The notes: generated from the sequence alone by a model not told the origin. A stretch of DNA of 64,000 nucleotides from Octopus sinensis (GCF_006345805.1 NC_043002.1:4216001-4280000), one strand, 5' to 3'. Positions 23,770-38,035 are shown, counted from the first letter of the stretch. Numbers and translations are program-made.

Positions 23770-24400
23770 TATTGTATACTCTGCTCAGGTGTACCACATG
23801 TCAGTAAAGGATGAACGGAAGGATAGAAGGAAACTGTTAGTCGAATAAAGAAAGACAGAAATGAAAATCTAGTACATAGAATTATAGACAAAACGATAAA
23901 AAAAAGTGAACTGCAAATGAACCAAAAACGAGGAAAAGGTGCCAAGGTACATTCGGAGTTGTGTGTGGGAATTTCGGAAAACACGGAATGTTTGGAAGAT
24001 GCAGTATCCTGACAGCTAACAACCGATGCCAGTAGTTTACTCCTGTTTTGGCAATTCTCAACGTGAAAAAAAATCATGGGTATTGTACTGTTTTCTTTTT
24101 TAAAGTTTTTGAGCCTGTCTACCGATGGTAGAAATCTTGAATTAAAAATGGTGGCCAAAGTTGTTATTGGGAAGATTCAACACTATCAGCTATTAAACAT
24201 CGAAACTTCGAATATGTCGATGTCCAAGGAAGCAAGGCGTTCAAGAAAGGATACAGAAAGTATTCGTTTCGTTGCATGTCTCTGCACAGCTTCCAATAGA
24301 TCGATATTCTGGAAAAGATGGGGCTTCCAGATGAGAGATGCAAACTACATGGAAAATCTTTAGAAATTTATAATAATGACTGAGTGTCTTGAAAAAAAAA
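23770..24400 (-). mobile_element. CR1-like LINE 3' fragment (old)
   Basis: WKPHLFQNIDLLEAVQRHATKRI..ERLASL; the 3' UTR resembles 25805-26150. Confidence 0.7.
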
Positions 24401-25804
24401 TGATACTCATAATTTGTTATAATTAAATAGGATTAATAAAAAAAAGGTAAGCAGTAACTTGCTTTTTGGCGGGGAAATCTTGGACTGTAAACTTTCATTA
24501 ATTTTAAACTTTCCATGTAAACTGTGTAAATTGCTTTTGTTTGATTTGTGGTGCGCCAGGAATTAAAAAACGACTGAGAACCATTGGAATGAATAATGCA
24601 GATTGGGATGAAAGCCAACAGCTGAAAGCAACGGATATATTTAGATCTTATTAGTCCTCTGCAATGATGTATACTTACTCTATTAGTGAAACTAAGAAGG
24701 ATGTCTACGTACATGAAAATAAGGACAATGTAGTAAGGACAATGCTGATTATGAATGCGAAAAACACAGGGGAACTTTCAGCACATTAAATTATTATTAT
24801 TTCAATGGAACATAGACATTTTTCTTGTGAAAATTGGACAGTTAAATGGTGAATAGAAAGTACTATTTAGGCTGTTGTTTAAGGCGGCCAGCAGCTGGCA
24901 GAATTATTAACAGGTTGCATAAAATACTTCGTGGGATTTCAAATGTGACCATCTCTGTCTTTTTTGTTCCTAGGTACAATGCACTCGGAATCACACCGTT
25001 CAATATATCCCTTCCTAAAATGGTTAATATAATACGAGAGAAAGCTTTGTTTTGTAGCAGATCGAACACGTAGAGGCTCCGTCATAAGGACAAACCATGC
25101 TGAAAATACCCCTTGGCGTTTCATTAATGAAGAACAATGAAATTTATGGAAACGATATGAGATGTAAATGGATCTCCGTCCGTTTTAATGATGAGCAGCC
25201 AGTTGTTCGATCATCTAAACAATCTGTTTATTTAATTAATATATGTAAGTAGCTGAGTATTCCAATGTTACTCAATGTAACAAAACCAGATCTTTAAATT
25301 ACAGTGTAGCGTGTATGCATTTTCAAAGAGTAGCGCCAATTGGTGGTAGCTGGCAATATGAGACGTAATGTCGTATTGCCGGAGAAATATGATTGTCGTT
25401 TTCCCATTGGTTAATATAACTGCCCATATAAGAATTCTAAAAATTAGTTAAAGAATATTTTTATGTGATTTCGATTTTTTTAAAGCAGTTGTAAAAACCC
25501 TGGATTTTGAGAAAAACTTCAGTATTTGTGGGAAACTCCACGACACTCACTCCTTTGAGACAATGGTTATATTTTATGCCATGTCCATGAAAAATCCAAC
25601 AACAGTTATAATTCATTCAGTTAGGCTTCCACACAGTTCCTACTTACCCAGTTTTACTTACAATGCTTAAACCGACCCGAGACTATGGCACATGCCACTT
25701 GTCCAAGACGCCTCGCAGAGGTGTTTGATTGCAGAGCAAACTTCTTAACCATAAGTTTACGCAGCATCGGATTAAATACCCTATAGAATTTAATAATGAT
25801 AATA

Positions 25805-26440
25805 ATGAAATGATTGTATACAGTGCTCAGGTGCACTACAACTTGTCAAAAGTGCGTATAAAGTATATGCAGTAATGTACAAATGTCTGGGAAGTGAACA
25901 GTGTATGAGTCAGATACATGCCCGTGTGTGTATGGAGGGGAGGAAATCAGGTGTAGTGTTGGCGAATCTCAGGAAGCATGGAAGTTTTGAAGGATGCAGT
26001 GCTCCGACTACTAACAACTGATGCCGGCAGTTTGTTCCATGCTTCAGCAACTCTTTGCGTGAAAAAAAAAATGTTTCTGAAAGTCATGGGAGCTGTGCTG
26101 TTTTCTGACTTAGTAAGCATGTCCACAGGTGTTAGACAGGTGGAGTTTGAAAAGGTGTTCAGAGTTATTGTTTGTAAGCTGGTTAATAATTTTATGGGTG
26201 TCTGCCAAGTCAGCTGCCAGACGTCGGAGTTTCAATGTATCCATGCCCAGGGAAGTAAGGCGTTCCGAATAGATTTACTAGAATCTTTCTGTGCTTTGAT
26301 TTTAAGTCGCATCGTATAACGTTTTGCCATATATTCCTTATGATGTATATGGCTGTATTAAAATTGCCCAGCGTAAAATATAAATTTAGAAATACTATAA
26401 GTAAATCAAGGGCAATAAACTGTAAATAAATCAAGGGCAA
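25805..26440 (-). mobile_element. CR1-like LINE 3' fragment
   Basis: FFTQRVAEAWNKLPASVVSSRSTASFK motif, with a 3' UTR ending in (ATT)n. Confidence 0.8.
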
Positions 26441-26699
26441 TAAACTCTTTTCAAATTTAAAGAGTTACTTCCCTTAAATTTTTCGATTCCAATTCTTTAG
26501 CTTATTTATTTATATATTTATTTATTTATTTATATATTTATTTATATATTTATTTATTTATTTATATATTTATTTATTTATTTAGACCTGTATTATTTTT
26601 TTTCTTGTTCTGTAAGTATTTTCCTTTCTTTTACTAGACTTATGGCTGTAAACTTAACTTGACTCCTTGAAGGTGGATTCTTTTCTTTTCCGGGACTGA

Positions 26700-27145
26700 A
26701 TTTCATGAGTACATCATTTGTACGATGTGGAGAATATACCGCCAACTTTGCCCAAACGATCTGAACATTAGCTTCAAGGTTCATCCAAGACTGGGACCAC
26801 GGGCCATACGTCCCCTGCCCAATTCAAGATCACAGCATACATGTACACTGCAACATAATTTCTTTTCCTCGACAGGCCCTGCCCTATTTAACATTGTCCC
26901 GAAAGAGATCAAAGAGGAACAGGATCCCATCAACTTTAAACGGAGTCTGGATAGATTCCTTCAAGGAATACCAGATAAGCCACCCATAATTGGATACAAC
27001 TGACCCAACAAAAACTCACTACTTGAATGGACCATAAACAAAACTTGACTTAAACAGGATTCGAATAATCCTATCAGGTGGTGCTATTAAGTTAGACATT
27101 GCCTGGACCAATCTTTGGTCGAAACATATCTAAGTTTATCTAAGT
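26700..27145 (+). mobile_element. LINE ORF2 C-terminus and 3' UTR (clade uncertain)
   Basis: NFFSSTGPALFNIVPKEIK..FKRSLDRFLQGIPDKP..GY..NSLLEW, then a 3' stem-loop gacca-atctt-tggtc and a short atctaagt tandem tail. Confidence 0.75.
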
Positions 27146-27533
27146 ATGATTATGTAATGAAATCTTGGTCTGTGCCTGAACAATCTAAAAATATTAAAGG
27201 GAATAATAAACCCTGAGAGAGAGACAGAGAGAAAGATAGAGAGAGGGTGAGAGAGAGAGATAGGAGGAGAAAGATAGAAATAAAGAGCGAAAGAAAGAGT
27301 GAACGAGAAAGAGGGAGAGTGAGTGAGTGAGTGAGAGAGGGAGAGTGAGTGAGAGAGAAGGAGAGATAGAGAGAAGGAGAGGGGAGAGTGTTTCCTTAAA
27401 AGGATTGTATTCTTTATCTTATTGCTTGGTGACAGCATTAACTGCACTCAACTGCGAACAAAGGGAACGTGAGTTCGATTCTCACTAGTCTCTCATTGTT
27501 TTCTTATTCGCTTTTCGCACCTTTCATTACGTA

Positions 27534-27927
27534 GGAGTGGCTGTGTGGTAAGTAGCTTGCTTACCAACCACATGGTTCCTGGTTCAGTCCCACTGCGTGG
27601 CACCTTGGGCAAATGTCTTCTACTATAGCCTCGGGCCAACCAAAGCCTTGTGAGTGGATTTGGTAGACGGAAACTGAAAGAAGCCCGTCATATATATGTA
27701 TGTATATGTGTGTGTGTGTGTGTCTATGTTTGTCCCCCCAACATTGATTGACAACCGATGTTGGTGTGTTTATGACCTCGTAACTTAGCGGTTCGGCAAA
27801 AGAGACCGATAGAATAAGTACTAGGCTTACAAAGAATAAATCCCGGGGTCGATTTGCTCGACTAAAAGGCGGTGCTCCAGCATGGCCGCAGTCAAATGAC
27901 TGAAACGACTAAAAGAATAAAAGAATA
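27534..27927 (+). mobile_element. SINE family B, full length
   Basis: Same organisation as 12194-12578, with an (AAAAGAAT)n tail. Confidence 0.92.
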
Positions 27928-28314
27928 TCTACACATGAACGGCGGCCCAGCTTGCCGGAGAGTTGGCACACTGGATAAAATGTTTAGCGGCATTTCGTCC
28001 ACTTTTATGTCATGAGTTCAAATTCCACTGAGGTTGATTTTGCCTTTCATTCTTTCGTGATCGATAAAACAAGTACCAATTGAGCCATGTCCCATCCCCG
28101 ATAGCACTAGGGGCAAGTGATTTCTGGAAATTATCCGTCGGCTTAAGACCAAAAGTCCTCCGGAACAGACCAGTTGATTTTCATCGAGGTTCATCGCTTC
28201 ACGAACACCTCTTTGATCTTACTTACCATTAATCTTCTATAGAATACCATGATAAAATATCCACCGACCGCATTGTCCGACTGGTAGGGGACTGTGAGTA
28301 TCTGATGACATTCT

Positions 28315-28800
28315 AAACACTAAGCGCTCTGCTTCTGGCTACGTTTGGCGATGGACTGTAGCTTAGTCAGAGAAACGATCTGCAGAAAAGCACGTCTAGG
28401 AAACGGCAACCGCACCTGCACTGCTTCAAGGGAAAGTCGGAGGTGTCGTAAACTCAGCACATATCTGCACATCATCAGCCACGGCCTGCCCAGTCCTCCA
28501 TTCAGCGGCTTTTGGCGACAAATGCAGCATCTGAACAGCAGAATATTTAGTGTTCCCAAAGACTTAGTCACGTGGTCACAATAAAATTTTGAGGTCTCTT
28601 TGGACAGTCCTTCAGGAGCTTATTGGTGGCTCTTGTGTTCAGGTTTCTTACATCATTGGAGACATTCTCTCCCACTATTTTGTATGCCTTCAAGTTCAGA
28701 TTTATTAATTACAAATTTTTTTGCACACTGTAAGTGTTGGACTTGAAGACTTCTGCTGTTTCAATGATATCCGTTTGTGAGATGAAGGACATCAGTTTTT
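28315..28800 (-). mobile_element. Tx1-clade LINE fragment (old)
   Basis: CCICRQKPLNGGLGRPWLMMCRYVLSLRHL aligns with the 42120-42330 region of the larger Tx1 copy. Confidence 0.75.
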
Positions 28801-28814
28801 TTGTTAGTTATCTC

Positions 28815-29225
28815 TTTATTGCCCGCAAGGGGCTAAACATAGAGGGGACAAACAAGGACAGACAAAGGGATTAAGTCGATTAAATCGACCCCAGTGCGTA
28901 ACTGGTACTTAATTTATCGATCTCGAAAGGATGAAAGGCAAAGTCGACCTCGGCGGAATTTGAACTCAGAACGTAAGCGGCAGACGAAATACCTATTTCT
29001 TTACTACCCACAAGGGGCTAAACACAGAGAGGACAAACAAGGACAGACAAACGGATTAAGTCGATTATATCGACTCCAGTGCGTAACTGGTACTTATTTA
29101 ATCGACCCCGAAAGGATGAAAGGCAAAGTCGACCTCGACGGAATTTGAACTCAGAACGTAACGGCAGACGAAATACCACTAAACATTTTGTCCAGCGTGC
29201 TAACGTTTCTGCCAGCTCGCCGCCC
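28815..29225 (-). mobile_element. SINE family A dimer
   Basis: Head plus two cores with the stereotyped junction at about 28993. Confidence 0.9.
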
Positions 29226-29630
29226 TTCAGTTTTTTGTTAGTGTTCCTTACAAACGCAACATTTGGCATGAGTGTGCTTTGTTGATGCTACAGTGTTTGT
29301 GTGTCTGTCTGCTGTTGCTGCTTCTATGCGTGTTTTCGTTTCGTTGAGGTAGGTGTTGGTTGGTGGTGGTGGTAGCTGTAGGTTTGTCTGTGCTTGGTGT
29401 TGGTGTGGGTTCAGTGATGCTGCCTTGATTATGTGATTAACTGAAATAAATTACAAGATTCTTATGAAGACCTGCCATTTCAACCCTGGTATGCGACGAT
29501 CATAACGTCGTAACGTTAATCACATAACATAACAGTATTCGCTAGGATTAAGTAATTAGTTGTGGTGTAATATAGACATCAATTTTCCTGTCTTATCCTA
29601 CTCTCGGATACACACACAAGCGCGCGCGCA

Positions 29631-29721
<91 letters not shown>

Positions 29722-30116
29722 GTGTCTGTATATGTCTGAACGTATATGTGTCTACATAAGCACGTGTGCACACAGACAGATAGGCAGACAGACAGACAGA
29801 CACACAGACAGACATACACACTGGTGAAACCTGTGGAAATTCCACGAAAAAAATTAGGAGGAACTATTCAAGAAAGAATGGACGATTTACATGTTTTAGT
29901 GTATATAAATCTTATTTTTGCCCGCGCGATAAGTGGTAGAAAAATATACGATAAAAATCTATACAATATTTAATAATACAAAACATTCGTTAATATTTAA
30001 TTCTGTTGAAACTGCACGAACAATATATAATTGCATATTCCTTATTATGCAATATTTTATCATAATTACTTTACATTAAATACACTTTATGTACACAAAA
30101 CGATTTAGAGAATATA

Positions 30117-31216
30117 CCGTTACGTTCTGAGTTCAAATTCCGCCGAGGTCGACTTTGCCTTTCATCCTTTCGGGGTCGATAAATTAAGTACCAGTTACGC
30201 ACTGGGGTCGACATAATCGACTTAATCCGTTTGTATGTCCTTGTTTGTCCCCTCTGTGTTTAGCCCCTTGTGGGTAGTAAAGAAATAGGTATTTCGTCTG
30301 CCGTTACGTTCTGAGTTCAAATTCCGCCGAGGTCGACTTTGCCTTTCATCCTTTCGGGGTCGATAAATTAAGTACCAGTTACGCACTGGGGTCGATGTAA
30401 TCGACTTAATCCGTTTGTATGTCCTTGTTTGTCCCCTCTATGTTTAGCCCCTTGTGGGTAGTAAAAAAATAGGTATTTCGTCTGCCGTTACGTTCTGAGT
30501 TCAAATTCCGCCGAGGTCGACTTTGCCTTTCATCCTTTCGGGGTCGATAAATTAAGTACCAGTTACGCACTGGGGTCGATGTAATCGACTTAATCCCTTT
30601 GTCTGTCCTTGTTTGTCCTCTCTGTGTTTAGCCCCTTGTGGGTAGTAAATAAATAGTTATTTCGTCTGCCGTTACGTTCTGAGTTCAAATTCCGCCGAGG
30701 TCGACTTTGCCTTTCATCCTTTCGGGGTCGATAAATTAAGTACCAGTTACACACTGGGGTCGATGTAATCGACTTAATCCGTTTGCCTGTCCGTGTTTGT
30801 CCTCTCTGTGTTTAGCCCCTTGTGGGTAGTAAAGAAATAGGTTATTTCGTCTGCCGTTACGTTCTGAGTTCAAATTCCGCCGAGGTCGACTTTGCCTTTC
30901 ATCCTTTCGGGGTCGATAAATTAAGTACCAGTTACACACTGGGGTCGATGTAATCGACTTAATCCGTTTGCCTGTCCGTGTTTGTCCTCTCTGTGTTTAG
31001 CCCCTTGTGGGTAGTAAAGAAATAGGTATTTCGTCTGCCGTTACGTTCTGAGTTCAAATTCCGCCGAGGTCGACTTTGCCTTTCATCCTTTCGGGGTCGA
31101 TAAATTAAGTACCAGTTACACACTGGGGTCGATGTAATCGACTTAATCCGTTTGCCTGTCCGTGTTTGTCCTCTCTGTGTTTAGCCCCTTGTGGGTAGTA
31201 AAGAAATAGGTATTTC
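30117..31216 (+). repeat. Tandem array of six SINE-A-derived 184-bp units
   Basis: Unit starts at 30119, 30303, 30487, 30671, 30856 and 31040; units are near-identical and head-to-tail. Confidence 0.96.
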
Positions 31217-31489
31217 TCTCTTCTTTCTCTTCACCTCTCAGTTCCACCAACCAACGTGGTTAGTGGAAGTGGCTATCTGCAATCTCATTCACCCTCCTCC
31301 TTCTCTCTGACACGCCCTCTCTCCTGCTTTCTCCCTCTTACTCTCCCTCCCTCTCTGTCACCGTCACTCCACCTCTCACTCACTCCAATTCCCCCACCGA
31401 CAAACTAAAGCGTAACACGTGAGCGAAAGAAGCAGCAGAATTATTATACAAATGTATATATTCCTGCACACATGATTTGGAAAAACTGT

Positions 31490-31670
31490 TTAATATTTCC
31501 ACTCATAAAAACAACTGAAAGACCGGACTTGATCTGATGGAACACAGAACGAAACATTGGAATTTTGCTAGAACTGACAGTGCCATGGGAAGAGAACATC
31601 GCTCATGCAGAGCCACGGAAGGAGAAGAGGTATGAGAGTTCGGAGAACAGGGGTGGACTGTCGAGTATTA
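31490..31670 (+). mobile_element. HERO-like RLE non-LTR retrotransposon fragment
   Basis: RPDLI*WNTERNIGILLELTVPWEENIAHAEPRKEKRYE matches the PD-(D/E)xK-type RLE motif ELTVPWE. Confidence 0.7.
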
Positions 31671-31965
31671 CCTATTTCTTTACTACCCACAAGGGGCTAA
31701 ACATAGAGGGGACAAACAAGGACAGACAAACGGATTAAGTCGATTATGTCGACCCCAGTGCGTAACTGGTACTTAATTTATCGAACCCGAAAGGATGATA
31801 GGCAAAGTCGACCTCGGCGGAATTTGAACTCAGAATGTAGCGGCAGACAAAATACCTATTTCTTTATTACCCACACGGGGCTAAACATAGAGGGGTGAAA
31901 CAAGGACAGACATAGGTATTAAGTCGATTACATCGACCGCAGTGCGTAACTGGTACTTATTTAAT
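31670..31965 (-). mobile_element. SINE family A (headless dimer)
   Basis: Core plus two linker tails, junction at about 31856. Confidence 0.85.
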
Positions 31966-32789
31966 CTGTTACTTGTTAAGTCGGCGTCTTTTGCTGAAGT
32001 GCAAAGTTATGGGGCCGTAAACAAACCAAATTCACCTACACCGTCTGGGTTACATAGAAGACACTCGCCGACCTTAACTCCACCGCCATGCCTGCGCCTA
32101 TAATATCGAAAAAATCATTGGCATTAAACCTGCCTTCTTGAAGTTGTCTTCTTGAACGATTGCAGAAGCAGATAGTGTTCCTTTGCGTTTAGTACACAAA
32201 TTTATTATTATAATGCTTCAGCACTTTTGAAAATTTATAATTATTATTTAATTATATTTAGCCCTAATTATTTTTTAAATATAATTAACCATAATTATCA
32301 CGGAATTATATTTAAGTATAATTATATTTAACCGTAATTCTATTTAATTATATTATTAAATCGTAATTAATATTTAATCATATTTTACCATAAATATTAT
32401 TCAATTATTTTTAATCATTAATTATATTTAATCAGGTGTTTATATTCTGGAGTGCCAAGTGAACACTGCGCATCCATCAGAAATGGTAAATTTTCTTCGT
32501 AATAATTGTGTTATTGCACTATCACGATATAATCAGGTACTTAATTTGTTTCCAAATGTAATAATAATTTCTAATTTAGGCAGAAAGCCAATCATTTTGA
32601 CGAGGAGAAATTAATTGATTAAATTGACCTTAGTACTTAACAGGTGCTTTATTTTATAGACCTCGGAATAACGAAAGGTGAAGATGGCTTCAGCAGGATT
32701 TGAACTTTAAAAACCGGAACAATTACTGCAGGTCATTTTGTCCGATATTCTAAGAACTCTGCTAAATTCCCATCTCACCAGAATCTAAT

Positions 32790-33190
32790 AATCTTTCCTA
32801 CTAAAGGCACAAAGTCTGAAATTTGTGGGGAGGGGAGTAGTCATTTACATCGACCCCAGTGCGCAACTGGTACTTAATTTATCGACCCCTTAAAGATGAT
32901 AGGCAAAGTCAACCTCGGCGGAATTTGAACTCAGAACGTAACGGCAGACTAAATGCCTATTTCTTTACTACCCACAAGGGGCTAAACACAGAGCGGACAA
33001 ACAAGGACAGATAAACGGATTAAGTCGATTATATCGACCCCAGTGCGTAACTGGTATTTATTTAATCGACCCCGAAAGGATGAAAGGTAAAGTCGACCTT
33101 GGCAGAATTTGAACTCAGAACGTAGCGGCAGACAAAATACCGCTAAGCATTTTGCCCGGCGTGCTAACGTGTCTGCCAGTTCGCCGCCTT
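32790..33190 (-). mobile_element. SINE family A dimer
   Basis: Head, core, linker, core and the cccctcccc tail. Confidence 0.9.
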
Positions 33191-34886
33191 GAAACCGGGA
33201 AACTAATAATCCGCCATCAGAAACCATAATTAATGCTTTGCTTGTTCTGTGTATCACCTGTGATACACAAGGTATATTTCTCCGGCGTCCATGCATCATA
33301 TACGATACTCAGTCCCAATTTTTTTCGATCACCAGGGTAAGTTGGGACTTATGAAAGGAGAGCTTATATTACTCAAAACGTGTGAAACAAGGGCTACATA
33401 AAATCTGAAAACGAGCGTGGATGTTTATGAGAAACTTATGAAAATACTTTGGCCAGGCAAAGTTAAACAAAAGTTTTATCATGTACAAAAAGAGCCGAAA
33501 GCTTTTGTCAATTTGCTGATTAATACATAATTGTCAGAATAATTGTTTCATCAAGGTAACACATTCTGTAATAACCATACACCACTTCGTTTAATTATAA
33601 CTAATAATATTTATTATTCAAACAAGGCGGCAAGCTGGCAGAATCGTTAGCATATCCGGTAGAACGCTTAACGCTATTTCGTCTGTCGGTACGATCGAGG
33701 TTCAAATTCCATGTAGGTCGACATTGCTTTTTCATTTTTTCAGACTCGATAAAATAAGTAACAGTTGAATGCTGCGGCCGAAAGTGATCATCTTAACCCC
33801 TTCCCGGAAATTGCTGACCTTGCGCCAAAATTTGAAACCAATTTATTATTTACAATACCCTCTTATTATTTAAATATATTACGGCGGTGGATTGGCACAA
33901 TTGTTAAGAGTGGCGGACAAAATGCGTTCTGGTGTTTAGCTATGGTTCTCAGCTGAAGTTCCCATTGGATACTTTCACTTTGCGTTCGATAAAATAAAGT
34001 ACCAATACAGCGCTCAGATCAGTTTAAATGATTAACTCCTCACACAAATCCGTGGCCTTGTATTTCCGTTTGAAACATTTGCGGCAAAATTTGTAACTTT
34101 TGTTTTTTTTTACGATAATCAATTAAAATGCTGATTTATCAGAGGACATATCAGAACAATGTGAGTCGTTCGATGTTCGTTTTTTTCCCAAAGGAAAGAA
34201 GAATGAAAAGACTTTTAATTCGGAATTGAAACCAAATCTCACCTTCGATTCGCCGAAGCTTACCTCTGGCTACATAGAGGTAACTCCATTCTACATCGAC
34301 GCAGGATGGAGATATTTCGTTCAGCGCTCTACCGATTCTACTAAATAATTACTCCAATTTCACCATTTTTAGCGAAAATATTAACTTCATTTGGGTAAAG
34401 AGAAACGTCTTGTATTTTTGAAAAGGTTATAAATTAAATGGAAAATAGTGGTTTTAATATCTTTCCCGAAAGGATTAGCAACGTTAATTGAAATGAACTG
34501 GCATCAACTGAGCTGTGAAACGGGATTGCGATCTCGAATTATCGGAAGCTGAACTTTGGTCTACGTTACTCACTGGTTACTAAGAAGTTTTTTGTGACCG
34601 ATTAGAAACCGCAATGATATTATAGGATGTGATATGAAAGAACGAATATTCATACACTCCGAGAAGATGGCAGTGGCGTACTTTAGCATCATCCCTTCGC
34701 CAAAGATTTCGTCTTTAGATTCGCTTATGCTACATTCCTGGATAATGAACAATGTGTTTCTCCTTTGCGAACTTATGAAATAAAGAGACATACACAGGAC
34801 TTCAAGGACCGCATGCAGTTCTCTGGCTACGGCCGGAGAGGTAGGATCAAAGTGTACAGCGGGGGCTAAGAAGAAATTACATGATA

Positions 34887-35280
34887 TCTTTATATATAAA
34901 AGAGAGGTTGTGTGTCTGTCTCCTACGATTTAGATTCCTAACTACTCCCACATTTTACGGTGCAGTGTAACCAAAAGCGGGTATCTTATAGTCGTGATTC
35001 ATATCGAGCCCTTCTGGGTATTAGCGCGCGTCTACGATGAGTCTACGATTTAAAAAAAAAATTACCATCAATTTTTCCCATTTTTAATGCATTTTTGGCA
35101 TATATAAGGGAAGTAACTCTCTAAAAATGTATTATTAAATCTCAGAACGTAAAAAGCTACAGTAACCCCCCCCCCTTTGTGGTTAGCCACATTGAGATGG
35201 CTATTATACTTTACATCTCTAAAAATGCTTATATAGTTATTTCCCTTACAAATCCGAGCAACGACGGGCGATACTGCTAG
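34887..35280 (+). mobile_element. Non-autonomous Helitron
   Basis: A|TC 5' end (TCTTTATATATAAA), subterminal GC-rich palindrome CCGAGCAACGACGGG, 3' CTAG|T, no TSD. Confidence 0.88.
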
Positions 35281-37692
35281 TAATAAATAAAGATGACAGT
35301 GGAACACATCCTAGATACCGGGGAAAACATTGAAACAGAATGCAGAGGATTTGCGACAAAGCAAACGGAAAACACATAGTACGAGGCAGATAAATATCAG
35401 GGAGGGATGTTTGTAGACGATGCGCCACATGTGGAGTTAGCCAAGAGGTTTAGGGAGGCTCTGAAAGTCATTTATTTATACTCCCGAGAAAAATCTTCCT
35501 TTAACTGTTGTTTGAATTCAGTAGGTATAAAAAATATCAGAACACGGAGAAGACATTGCAAGGAAGTGGTACCAACAATCGTAATTTATGGTCATTAGCG
35601 GCGAAAATAAAATGGCCTCAAGCAGGAATCGAAACCCTATCACAGGACTCGACACACAAGAACTTATCGCATTGTTCTACGACGCTCATTAGATGAGCAG
35701 ATTAAACAAAATACTGCATATTTTTCATTTCAGAAAATTTATATCTTCAGTGTCTTGCTTTCTATTTTTAATAAGCCACTTAGGAAAATAACTAGCGTCC
35801 AAAATTTTTGCTGGTCCCTCGGCTCTTGTGAAAGAAAATGACGACGACGACAGAAATATCGATTACCTCGATTCTGCTAAGAATCGATCAAAGTGATTGA
35901 AATATATTGTAGATTTAGGAAAGGAAGGACAAAACTCACGATTCCTTCGAGGTTTGAGAGAATGGGAAGGTGTTAGCCTCAAACCGGGGACATAGGCCCG
36001 AATGTTTCCAAGAGTGGAAAATCTGCTGAAAGCACGTAAGGCTGAGATGTTAGTGTTCAACCGGGCGTCGAATTAGCTCTAAACCATTCCAAAGAACTCA
36101 GAACACAAGGAGCTGGAACCATTACCACAAGGTATCTTTAGCCAACTCTCTGTTAAAGACTGGTGTTTTGTTTTTTATCGTCCTCTGAAATGATGAAGTG
36201 AAAAAAAGTAGACCTCGGCAAGGTTTGAAATTCTAAAGCAGAGGGTTGGAGCAAATATCGCAAGGAGTTTTGGCCTACGCACACACACACAAAATCGAGT
36301 TTTTATATATGTACCAAAGGGGCAGCGGACCCAGTACTTTATTACTATTTTATATTGTCTCCGGAATGAGGGGAAGCAAAGTTGGCCTCGGCGAGATTTG
36401 AACTCAGAATGAAGAGAACAACATTAATTTTCGCAAGGAATCTAGTTCGAAGCTCTAACTGCTCCGAGCTGTCCAAGTGTCCGGGTCTGCTAATTAATTT
36501 TACCGACTCAAAAGCGTAGAGAGACGGAACAAATGTTGCCAGAACGACTTTGTCAGTTCACGGTCTGTAAATGCTGACATAGCCCCTAAACCCACAACAC
36601 TCACCTCCTCCTCCACAAAGCAAAACTAAAAACGACAGATATAGCTTTAAAATGAAGTCACTAATCTGAAAAATTATATTTCTTATTAACTTCGCAAACG
36701 TTGAAATATTTGACAGAAAATTTTAGTTTACAACACTTGTAGCGAACAAACTCAGTAAGTCCGAGAAGAAGCCTCTATATGGTCATTCCATTCGCTAAAA
36801 ATAGCAGCCTAATCATCTTGAAATAAAAGAGTTTTCAAAAAAAACAAAAAAGGAAGGTGGTGGTGGAAGGACATTATTAGATCATGTGCTTGAGTAAAAG
36901 ATGGAATAGTCATGGCTGGAACACTTTTGATCAAATGTCTGGTCGGTCAAAGTTGACATGGGGGCTACAGAACTGTATTCAATAATTTAACGAAATATAA
37001 AACTATCACACACACACACACACACATACACACACACGCACACACGTATATGTGTGAGCGCGCGCGCGTATGTGTGTGTTCGTGTTAAAATGTGCTGAGG
37101 TAAATTCAACAGTCTTTAATACATATTTCAAAATATCCATAACGATGCTTAATACAATAGCAATTAACATCCCTCTCCTTCTCTGTCTCCCTCTCCTTCT
37201 CTCCTTTCTCTTTTCTCTTCTTTTTCTCTCTCCTCTTTTCTCCTTCTTCTCTCTCTCCACCCTCTCTCTCTGCATATATATATATATACATATATTCACG
37301 TGCATATGTATATATTAACCACTGTTCCTAGCCTAACTTATTGATTTCTTACATCGACGAAAGATCAGAAAATTGTTGGAGAGGAGTTTAGGCGAGGAAG
37401 CGACACCAGTGCGTGCATACCTGGTGCTTTAATGTATCGATCCCGATGAAATCGATAAAAGGTAATGTATATAAAGCGAAGTTGATCCCGACTGGATTTA
37501 AAACTGTGCGAGTGAAGAGGGTGGAACAAGAATCTGCGGAACATCGAACCTGGCGCGCTGCAGCCATAGTTTGTTTGTCTCGTGACTAAAAGCTGGATCA
37601 GCTATGAAGAACCCCTATTTTTGAGTAGGGGAAAACAGGAATAGTTGAATCCCATTTCTCTCTCTCTGTCTGTCTGTCTCTCTCTGTCTGTC

Positions 37693-37739
<47 letters not shown>

Positions 37740-37849
37740 AAGGAATGCTTTAAATGCTTGGTGACTCGAAGTCGCACTCGAGTCACCAAGCACTTGCCTC
37801 TTCTCTGATGCTTATCATCCGCTGCCGCGAGTCTCTTAATTTTAATAGA

Positions 37850-38035
37850 TTTGTTAAACGGCAAAATGCTTTGCAACATTTCGCCCGTCTTTACGTTTTG
37901 AGTTCAAATTCCGCCGAGGTCAATTTCATGCTTTCGGGGTCGATAAAATAAGAACCAGTTGAGCATTGGGGTCGATGTAATCGACATTCCTACTCCTCCG
38001 AAATTGCTGGCCTTGTGCCAAAATTTGAAAACAAT
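37850..38035 (+). mobile_element. SINE family A (partial)
   Basis: gagttcaaattccgccgaggtc core and ggccttgtgcca tail. Confidence 0.75.

Noticed and set aside
30117-31216. CRISPR-like regular array
   Set aside because: The units are contiguous and near-identical with no unique spacers, no cas genes are present, and the sequence is SINE-derived.
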